Positions 1 to 7,217 of a stretch of DNA of 37,987 bases are shown piece after piece; within the stretch, counting starts at the first letter, position 1; each line of letters opens with the position of its first letter. Under the pieces are notes generated by a model. It ran no database searches, was not told the DNA's origin, and was given only the letters and a program-made list of their open reading frames with translations. Both the position numbers and the translations under genes were made by a program. The stretch spans positions 1-37,987 of the forward strand of contig CAYMDS010000002.1 of NCBI GenBank assembly GCA_964389405.1, given 5' to 3'. The DNA is from an uncultured Gammaproteobacteria bacterium. GTDB lineage: Bacteria; Patescibacteriota; Microgenomatia; Levybacterales; UBA12049.

Positions 1-1
1 A

Positions 2-529
2 AAATTAAAGCTAAAGTACAAAAACAGTATTCGTATATTTTCTTTACTCGAGGTGGATATATTACCTTCAGGAGAATTAGCTATAGATGAAAAAAGTAAT
101 GAATATTTAGACGCGATGCTGGTCTCTGTTCATAGTGTTTTTAATATGTCCAGTGAACAAATGACAGAAAGAGTATTAAAAGGTTTATCTCATCAGAAAG
201 CAAAAATTCTTACTCATCCAACCGGAAGATTAATAAATCAAAGACCTGGTTATACTCTAGATTGGGAAAAAGTATTTTCTTTCTGTAAAGAAAATCAGAA
301 AGCCTTAGAAATTAATGCATATCCGACACGTCTTGACCTAACGGATAATATTGTAAAGAAAGCGGTAGATGTAGATATAAAGCTTGTGATCAATACTGAT
401 AGCCATGAGGTGTCTCAGATGAACCTTATGCGTTACGGAGTCTCTGTAGCCCGACGGGGATGGGCTACACCAAGTGACATTTTAAATACATGGGAGTATA
501 ATAAAATTGAGAAATGGTTAAGGGGGTGA
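2..529 (+). CDS. PolX-family DNA polymerase / PHP phosphoesterase domain, C-terminal part (5' end outside window)
   Basis: The frame of the 53..529 ORF stays open back to nt 2 ([21 protein letters not shown]...), so the GTG at 53 is probably not the true start. PHP-type motifs are present: [33 protein letters not shown]. Confidence 0.65.
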   Translation, partial: KLKLKYKNSIRIFSLLEVDILPSGELAIDEKSNEYLDAMLVSVHSVFNMSSEQMTERVLKGLSHQKAKILTHPTGRLINQRPGYTLDWEKVFSFCKENQKALEINAYPTRLDLTDNIVKKAVDVDIKLVINTDSHEVSQMNLMRYGVSVARRGWATPSDILNTWEYNKIEKWLRG

Positions 530-534
530 TTTTT

Positions 535-1086
535 ATGAATCCGCTATTTATCGTTGTAATCGTAGCAGGCATAGCATTATTTTATTTTTGGATGCTATAT
601 AACAGTCTCGTCACAGCAAAAGTAAGAATTCAGGAAGCGCTTTCTCATATAGATGTTCAGCTGAAAAGAAGGACTGATCTTATACCAAACCTTCTTGAGA
701 CAGTTAAGGGTTATGCCAAACACGAGAAGGAGTTACTTGAGAATATAACGAAAGCCAGAACTAGCCTTATGTCAGCCAAAACTACACAAGATAAGGCGCA
801 GGCAAACAACATGCTTTCAGATACTTTAAAATCGCTTTTCGCTGTTGCTGAAAATTATCCGGACCTTAAAGCCAATCAGAATTTTGGGAAACTTCAGGAT
901 GAGCTCTCGGATACCGAAAACAAAATCGCGTACTCCAGACAGTTTTATAATAGTAATGTAATGGATTACAACACAAAAGTTGCTGTTTTTCCGAATTCTA
1001 TAATTGCAAACATGTTCGGTTTTAAACCTGCAGAATTTTTTGAAGCCGAGGAGGAAGAAAAAAAGACGGTTAAGGTGACTTTTTAG
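535..1086 (+). CDS. lemA: LemA family membrane protein
   Basis: One N-terminal TM helix is followed by the LemA pattern YNSLV...[25 protein letters not shown]...ENYPDLKAN...YNT. I prefer ATG 535 because AGGGGG (521-526) sits at Shine-Dalgarno distance; ATG 514 is the alternative. Confidence 0.85.
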   Translation: MNPLFIVVIVAGIALFYFWMLYNSLVTAKVRIQEALSHIDVQLKRRTDLIPNLLETVKGYAKHEKELLENITKARTSLMSAKTTQDKAQANNMLSDTLKSLFAVAENYPDLKANQNFGKLQDELSDTENKIAYSRQFYNSNVMDYNTKVAVFPNSIIANMFGFKPAEFFEAEEEEKKTVKVTF

Positions 1087-1182
1087 TTTCTTTAAGAAAA
1101 TAAAAAGTCACCTTGAGCAAGGCGTAGGATCTCAGTGGAATTGTAAACCCTAGAGATTCTTCTCCGCCGCCGGCGGATCAGA

Positions 1183-2103
1183 ATGACATTTAGCATGAGC
1201 ATATACTCCAACATTTCGCAAAACAAATGGAAGACTTACCTTATCATGGTATTATTTGTCGTATTTATTTCGACGATAACCTTCGTCTTCGCCGGCGCTC
1301 TAGGAGAGAGTCCACTAGGACTTACAGGGATAGCCCTGGTCTTTTCCGGTCTTATGAGTATCGGAAGTTACTACTACTCTGACAAACTCGTTTTAGCAAC
1401 TACTGGTGCAAAACCCGTTTCTGAAAAAGACAATCCTATGCTTTATAAAACCGTTCAAAATCTAGCTATTGGGGCAGGACTTCCTATGCCGGCGGTATAT
1501 ATAATAAATGACCCTTCTCCCAATGCATTCGCTACAGGTCGGGATCCAAAGCATGCGGCAGTCGCGGTCACTACAGGGATACTTGAACGCTTGAATAAAT
1601 CAGAACTTGAAGGCGTGCTAGGACATGAACTATCACATGTAAAGAATTTCGATACTAGACTTATGGCTATCACAGCAGTTCTTGTGGGATTCGTCGCTAT
1701 ACTGGCTGATCTTTTTATGCGAAATTTATGGTGGGGAGGCGCAAGTAAACGTGATGATGAAAGTTCAGATGCCAGGTGGCAACTCATTCTTCTTATAGCA
1801 GGAATTGTTCTTGCCATGCTCGCGCCATTAGTCGCAACTCTTATTCAACTTGCAGTCTCACGAAAAAGAGAATTTCTCGCAGATGCATCAGGAGTTCTAA
1901 TCACCAGATATCCGGAGGCACTCGCATCAGCGCTTGAAAAGATCTCATCGGACCCACGCTCTGTAAGATCTGCATCAAATGCTACAGCGCATCTATTTAT
2001 AGTTAATCCATTTAAAAAACAAAGCGCCGGTAAATGGCTAATATCACTTTTTAACACCCATCCTCCAGCTGAGGAGAGAATAAAAATTCTCCGCTCAATG
2101 TAG
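1183..2103 (+). CDS. htpX: M48 zinc metalloprotease HtpX
   Basis: It has the HELSHV (HExxH) motif, multiple TM segments, EFLADASG, and the C-terminal NTHPPAEERI motif typical of HtpX. Confidence 0.88.
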   Translation: MTFSMSIYSNISQNKWKTYLIMVLFVVFISTITFVFAGALGESPLGLTGIALVFSGLMSIGSYYYSDKLVLATTGAKPVSEKDNPMLYKTVQNLAIGAGLPMPAVYIINDPSPNAFATGRDPKHAAVAVTTGILERLNKSELEGVLGHELSHVKNFDTRLMAITAVLVGFVAILADLFMRNLWWGGASKRDDESSDARWQLILLIAGIVLAMLAPLVATLIQLAVSRKREFLADASGVLITRYPEALASALEKISSDPRSVRSASNATAHLFIVNPFKKQSAGKWLISLFNTHPPAEERIKILRSM

Positions 2104-2105
2104 AT

Positions 2106-2693
2106 ATGACCTATCCAAGTTTAGAGGAAATTAAGAAGCTGCACAAAAAACTTGCTTTAAACGATCAGGTTTTTCAAAGAGTTTTTATACATTGTGAGAT
2201 AATAAATAAAATCGCACTACGTATAACAGAAAAAAATGCATTAAATATAAACCTAGAATTAATAAATTCCGGGAGCTTGTTACATGATATAGGAGCTTAT
2301 GAATTTTTTAACAAAGAGCCTTTTAACGAAAAAGAATATATTCGCCATGGTATCGTAGGCTATAATATCCTCAAAGACCTAGACTTCCCACAGGAATTAT
2401 GTAGAATCGCCAGTCATCACACGGGAGTTGGAATTCAAAAAGAGGAAATTATAAGAGACAATTTACCACTCCCGCATGAAGATTTTTTGGCAGACACACT
2501 CGAGGAAAAAATTATTATGTATGCAGATAAGTTTCACTCTAAACATCCTCAATTTAACACGTATGAAAGCTATAGAAATAAAATTGTAAAGTTTGGCTTG
2601 GATAAGATGAAGATATTCGAACTTATGGCGCAGGAATTCGGAATACCCGAAATTCAGAATTTGGCAAAAGAATATAATATGCCCCTCGTTTAA
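2106..2693 (+). CDS. HD/HDIG-domain phosphohydrolase
   Basis: LLHDIG and ASHHTGVG provide HD-domain metal ligands, and MYADKFHS is present. Only 2 nt separate it from the htpX stop. Confidence 0.7.
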   Translation: MTYPSLEEIKKLHKKLALNDQVFQRVFIHCEIINKIALRITEKNALNINLELINSGSLLHDIGAYEFFNKEPFNEKEYIRHGIVGYNILKDLDFPQELCRIASHHTGVGIQKEEIIRDNLPLPHEDFLADTLEEKIIMYADKFHSKHPQFNTYESYRNKIVKFGLDKMKIFELMAQEFGIPEIQNLAKEYNMPLV

Positions 2694-2726
2694 TTCAAGT
2701 TTTATCTTTAATGTTACAATTAGTAC

Positions 2727-4058
2727 ATGTTTAATCAAATTATAATTCTCTCTGGGAAATTACTTTCATTTATCACCAAAAAATTAAATCTTGGGCATGG
2801 ATCCACTTGGCCGGGGCATATAGCTCTTTTATTAAATAAAAACTTTATAAAAGACGTTCTTAGAAGAAATAAAATGAAGATAGTCATAGTAGCCGGAACA
2901 AATGGAAAAACTACCACTTCTAAGCTTTTGACAACAATTTTAAAAAGTAAAGGAGATCGTGTTCTCCACAACTCCTCGGGAGCGAATCTTCTCAATGGCA
3001 TCGCATCTATCCTACTTCTAAATTCTGATAGATTTTCTAATCTAAACTATGACTATGGAATTTTTGAAGTAGATGAAAATGTGCTGCCTTTAGCTTTGCA
3101 AGAAATCACTCCAGATTACCTTATAATCCTTAACTTATTTCGAGACCAACTCGATAGATATGGTGAAGTTAATATAATTGCTGATAAATGGAGAAAAGCA
3201 ATTAAGAAGCTTACCGAAAAAACTAATCTGATACTAAACGCGGATGATCCGCAAGTCGCCTTTCTCGGAAAAATTGTAAAAATAAAAACTGATTATTTCA
3301 GTTGTAGCGATGTATCAATACATGGAAACGCTAAATTAACAGAGCATGCAGTCGACTCAGCTTATTGTCCTAATTGCGGGTCTAAATTAAACTATAAATC
3401 TATAACCTTTTCACACCTTGGCGATTGGTACTGTAAAAAATGCGATCTTAAGCGTCCGATAAAAAGCTTTTCAGCATCTCCACATTATCCACTTCCTGGT
3501 TTATATAATAAGTACAATACAAACGCTACAGTACTTTTTACGCAAATCGAAAACATACATCAAGATATTGTAAAAAAAGCGCTATTGAACTTCAAACCGG
3601 CTTTCGGCAGGCAAGAAACCTTAATAATAAATGGTAAAAAAATAAAAATATTTTTATCTAAAAACCCGACAGGATTTAATGAATCTTTAAGAACAGTAAA
3701 AGATCTTGGAGGTAAGAATATTTTATTTGTTCTAAATGACCGCATACCAGACGGGAGAGACGTTTCGTGGATCTGGGATACGGATATAGAAAATATTTTG
3801 GAAGGTAACGAAAATATTATCGTATCAGGTGATAGAGTTTATGACATAGCGCTGAGAATTAAATATGGAGTTCAAAATCAAAAATCAAAAATCAAAAATC
3901 AAAAATACAATTCAAAATTTAAAATTATAGAAAACTTAAAAGATGCAGTAAGCGAATCTCTTGAGCTACTAGATAAAAACGAAGCTCTATACATAATCCC
4001 CACCTATTCAGCCATGCTTGAAGTCCGAAAAATATTAACAGGCAAGAAAATACTGTAA
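2727..4058 (+). CDS. murT: Lipid II isoglutaminyl synthase, Mur-ligase-like subunit MurT
   Basis: It carries the Mur ligase P-loop VAGTNGKTTTSKLL, a four-Cys ribbon (CPNCGSK...CKKCD) and a C-terminal DUF1727-like region (SWIWDTD...). The partner gatD lies immediately downstream. Confidence 0.8.
   Translation: MFNQIIILSGKLLSFITKKLNLGHGSTWPGHIALLLNKNFIKDVLRRNKMKIVIVAGTNGKTTTSKLLTTILKSKGDRVLHNSSGANLLNGIASILLLNSDRFSNLNYDYGIFEVDENVLPLALQEITPDYLIILNLFRDQLDRYGEVNIIADKWRKAIKKLTEKTNLILNADDPQVAFLGKIVKIKTDYFSCSDVSIHGNAKLTEHAVDSAYCPNCGSKLNYKSITFSHLGDWYCKKCDLKRPIKSFSASPHYPLPGLYNKYNTNATVLFTQIENIHQDIVKKALLNFKPAFGRQETLIINGKKIKIFLSKNPTGFNESLRTVKDLGGKNILFVLNDRIPDGRDVSWIWDTDIENILEGNENIIVSGDRVYDIALRIKYGVQNQKSKIKNQKYNSKFKIIENLKDAVSESLELLDKNEALYIIPTYSAMLEVRKILTGKKIL
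3879..3906 (+). repeat. Heptanucleotide tandem repeat (CAAAAAT)x4 inside murT
   Basis: Four perfect copies lie at 3879-3885, 3886-3892, 3893-3899 and 3900-3906, preceded by a degenerate CAAAAT copy at 3873-3878. They encode QNQKSKIKNQKY. Confidence 0.9.
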
Positions 4059-4084
4059 AATTTATTCATTTTGAATTCTAAATT

Positions 4085-4876
4085 ATGAATTATAAATTGA
4101 CTATTGGTTGGCTTTATCCTGATCTTATGAGTACATACGGAGATCGGGGCAATGTAATAGTTTTACAAAAACGCTGCGAAGCAAGGAATATTCAGGCGGA
4201 TATCCTACCAATTACTCAGGATACTAATGACCAAAGGCTAAATACTGTCGACATTCTCTTCGGGGGCGGATCTCAGGATCGGGAACAAGAAATCGTGATG
4301 AGAGATTTGAAAGGCAAAAAACAGGAAATAATTAAAAAATTAGTTGAGAATGACATACCTGCTCTTTTCGTCTGCGGAGCCCCACAGCTCATGGGAAAAT
4401 TCTATGAACCGTCAAGAGGTAAAAGAATAGAAGGACTGGGAATATTTAATATGGAAACTATAAACCCGGGCCCAAAGACCCCTCGCTGTATCGGTAATAT
4501 AATAGCGGAGGTGGATTGGAGTCATTTATATCCAACTCATAATTCATCACTCATAACTCATAACTTGCTGATCGTTGGTTTTGAGAATCACGGCGGACGA
4601 ACATATCTTGGAAAAAACGCAAAACCTTTTGCTAAGGTCATAAAAGGATACGGAAATAATGGAAAGGATGGCACAGAAGGCGTGGTGTATAAAAATGCAA
4701 TAGGCTGCTACTTCCACGGTCCACTACTTCCTAAGAATCCTCAAATTGCTGATTTTTTAATTCAAAGAGCATTAGAAGTAAAATACAAAAAAGAGATAAT
4801 TCTTAAAAATTTAGATGATACGCTTGAACTTAAGACCCGAGAAGCAATTGTCAAAAGACTCAAAGTTCATATATAA
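4085..4876 (+). CDS. gatD: Lipid II isoglutaminyl synthase, glutaminase subunit GatD (CobB/CobQ-like GATase)
   Basis: LYPDLMSTYGDRGN, the nucleophile Cys context FVCGAPQLMG, GFENHGGRTYLG and YFHGPLLPKNP are all present. It is adjacent to murT. Confidence 0.78.
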   Translation: MNYKLTIGWLYPDLMSTYGDRGNVIVLQKRCEARNIQADILPITQDTNDQRLNTVDILFGGGSQDREQEIVMRDLKGKKQEIIKKLVENDIPALFVCGAPQLMGKFYEPSRGKRIEGLGIFNMETINPGPKTPRCIGNIIAEVDWSHLYPTHNSSLITHNLLIVGFENHGGRTYLGKNAKPFAKVIKGYGNNGKDGTEGVVYKNAIGCYFHGPLLPKNPQIADFLIQRALEVKYKKEIILKNLDDTLELKTREAIVKRLKVHI

Positions 4877-4884
4877 TCCCACGT

Positions 4885-5169
4885 ATGAGCATAAATGTCC
4901 GCCATATAGCAAAACTGGCCAATTTGACACTCACTGATGATGAGGTAATAAAATTTGAAAAACAATTAACCGAAACTCTACAATATATAGCTCAACTGCA
5001 GGAGGTTGATACGAAAAACATTACGGCTACAAGCCAAGTTACCGCGCTTGAGAATATATTTCGAGAAGATGAAGTCTCCCCTTCTCTCACCCAAAAAGAC
5101 GCACTTTCAAATGTAAAGCCTCGGAAAAATGGATTCTTCCAGGTTAAAGGAATATTAGATAATCAATAA
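4885..5169 (+). CDS. gatC: Asp/Glu-tRNA(Asn/Gln) amidotransferase subunit C
   Basis: At 94 aa it has a typical GatC layout (VRHIAKLANLTLTDDEV...LQYIAQLQEVDT...REDEV). It lies upstream of gatA/gatB. Confidence 0.88.
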   Translation: MSINVRHIAKLANLTLTDDEVIKFEKQLTETLQYIAQLQEVDTKNITATSQVTALENIFREDEVSPSLTQKDALSNVKPRKNGFFQVKGILDNQ

Positions 5170-5808
5170 ATGTCTACTAGTATTTACATAGTCCGTCATG
5201 GTCAATCTCAGGGAAATGTTGCTGAAAAATCAAAAACCCCTGTAAATTGGGGTCAGTGGGGAAAATTCGAAGCCCCACCTACTACGCTTGGAAAAAGACA
5301 AGCCAAAGCAATTGCACTTAAGTTACAAGACGTTACATTTGATGCCATTTTTTCATCCGACTTAAATCGTGCAAGAGAAACAGCTGAGATTATCTCAAAA
5401 AAAAGCGGTGTTGCTGTTCAAACCGAATCAACCATAAGAGAAAGAAATTTTGGAAAATATTTATTCGGATTAAGCTCTGATGAAAGGAAAAAGGCAAGAA
5501 TAGCAGTCGAAGAGTTAAATAAAGAGGATAGATGGATTCATAAATATTCAGTTGACGGTGAAAGCATAAAAGAAGCTATAGAACGATTTACCGCTTTTCT
5601 TAAAAAAATTATACCGCTTTATAAAGGTAAGACTATATTAGTGGTTAATCATGGTAATATAATGAGAATGTTTCTAGTTCACCTCCGTTGGGCTAAATTT
5701 AGTGAATTACCTGCAGGTGCTATCGCTAATACAGGTTACTTTGTCTTGGAAACAGATGGAAAAACATTTCACATCAAAGATACTCATGGTGTAAATAAAA
5801 AAATATGA
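5170..5808 (+). CDS. Histidine phosphatase family protein (phosphoglycerate mutase-like)
   Basis: It has the RHGQSQGN catalytic motif, SSDLNRARETA and a late NHGN histidine. Its ATG directly abuts the gatC TAA, and its TGA overlaps the gatA ATG (ATGA). Confidence 0.78.
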   Translation: MSTSIYIVRHGQSQGNVAEKSKTPVNWGQWGKFEAPPTTLGKRQAKAIALKLQDVTFDAIFSSDLNRARETAEIISKKSGVAVQTESTIRERNFGKYLFGLSSDERKKARIAVEELNKEDRWIHKYSVDGESIKEAIERFTAFLKKIIPLYKGKTILVVNHGNIMRMFLVHLRWAKFSELPAGAIANTGYFVLETDGKTFHIKDTHGVNKKI

Positions 5809-7217
5809 ATTTAGTATCTCTAACGATATCTGAAGCACAGAAAAAATTACGCAAAAAAGAGATTTCCTCTATAGAGTTAACTAATGCGTATTTAGACAGA
5901 ATAGAAAAATATGATTCTAAAATAAATTCATTTGTCACAGTTACGCGTGAGGAAGCTTTGGAAAATGCAAAAGAGGCTGATAAAAAACTGGCAAAAAACG
6001 ATAATTCTCCCCTCCTTGGTATTCCCCTTGCGATTAAGGATAATTTCAGCACCAAAGGAATTCGTACTACTGCCTCGAGCAAAGTTTTGGATAATTATAT
6101 ACCTCCATTTGATGCCACAGTGGTAAAAAGATTAAAAGATGCAGGCATGGTAATGCTTGGTAAAACTAACATGGACGCATGGGCGCATGGCTCATCTACA
6201 GAAACTTCCGATTATGGTGCTACCCGAAATCCTTGGGACACAGAGAGGCTTCCAGGCGGATCATCTGGAGGATCAGCCGCAGCAGTAGCTGCAGATCTTG
6301 CAATAGCTTCAATAGGTTCAGAAACCGCAGGATCTATAAGACAGCCTGCCAGCTGGTGTGGAGTCGTAGGTCTAAAACCTACTTATGGAAGAGTAAGTAG
6401 ATACGGAGTTATAGCTATGGCATCCTCAACTGACAGTCCCGGACCCATCACTAAAACAGTAGAAGACTCCGTACTCATTCTTAATACATTGGCAGGAAAC
6501 GATCCGCTTGATGCTACTTCATCGCCATCTACCGCTCCTGATTATACAAAAAGTTTAGGTAAAGACGTAAAAGGATTGAGAATCGGAATTTCCGATGTTT
6601 ATTTTCCAAAGGAGATGGAAAAAGACGTCAAAGAATCAGTTATGAAAGCTTTAAAGCATTTGGAGTCGCTTGGGTGTGAAATAGTGCATATTCCTCTTTT
6701 TGATCCTAAATATTCTATAGCAGTCTATACGATACTCCAGCGATCTGAAGTGTCATCAAATCTCGCCAGATTTGATGGAGTCCGCTTCGGTAATGATCGA
6801 ACATATTTTGCCGATGAGGCAAAAAGAAGAATAATGCTTGGAACATATACCCTATCTGCAGGTTACTACGATGCTTACTACAGAAAAGCGCAGCAGGTCC
6901 GCACTATAATCGTTAACGATTTCGTTAAAGCTTTTAAGAAGGTAGACGCTATAATAAGCCCTACTAGCCCGACTACTGCTATGAAAATAGGTGCAACGGA
7001 AAACACATCTATGTTTGGAGAGCTGGCAGATGTACTGGTCGAACCTTCATCGATTGCCGGCCTCCCAGGTATCAATATTCCCTGCGGGATAAGTATCGAA
7101 GGACTTCCGATAGGCATGCAAATCATGGGTCCGCAATTTGCAGAAGGCAAAATTATAACTTTAGCAAATGCATATGAAGAGTCAACAGAGTGGCATAAGC
7201 AAAAACCCAAATTATGA
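5805..7217 (+). CDS. gatA: Glu-tRNA(Gln) amidotransferase subunit A
   Basis: It carries the amidase signature GGSSGGSAAAVAA...GSETAGSIRQPASWCG. The full-length 470 aa is colinear with GatA. Confidence 0.95.
   Translation: MNLVSLTISEAQKKLRKKEISSIELTNAYLDRIEKYDSKINSFVTVTREEALENAKEADKKLAKNDNSPLLGIPLAIKDNFSTKGIRTTASSKVLDNYIPPFDATVVKRLKDAGMVMLGKTNMDAWAHGSSTETSDYGATRNPWDTERLPGGSSGGSAAAVAADLAIASIGSETAGSIRQPASWCGVVGLKPTYGRVSRYGVIAMASSTDSPGPITKTVEDSVLILNTLAGNDPLDATSSPSTAPDYTKSLGKDVKGLRIGISDVYFPKEMEKDVKESVMKALKHLESLGCEIVHIPLFDPKYSIAVYTILQRSEVSSNLARFDGVRFGNDRTYFADEAKRRIMLGTYTLSAGYYDAYYRKAQQVRTIIVNDFVKAFKKVDAIISPTSPTTAMKIGATENTSMFGELADVLVEPSSIAGLPGINIPCGISIEGLPIGMQIMGPQFAEGKIITLANAYEESTEWHKQKPKL

Noticed and set aside
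1455-1817. Long antisense ORFs opposite well-supported genes: 1455..1817, 1845..2057, 2463..2738, 2735..3001, 5774..6082, 6878..7249, 14301..14567, 16413..16841, 18647..19018, 24087..24371, 34209..34538, 36811..37074 and similar.
   Set aside because: Each lies entirely within a gene that has clear family motifs on the other strand. Their translations are low-complexity, with no recognisable motifs and no start or SD context. They are most simply shadow ORFs.
3873-3906. Whether the short tandem repeats (murT, gatB, GT4) or the atp spacer repeats could be a CRISPR array.
   Set aside because: The units are 7-14 bp with no spacers, lie inside coding sequence or form a single hairpin, and no cas genes are present.
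5805-7217. An alternative genetic code (UGA recoding, as in some candidate phyla).
   Set aside because: TGA terminates the histidine phosphatase, gatA and atpB exactly at ATGA overlaps with the next gene's start. All conserved proteins also read full length with the standard code.
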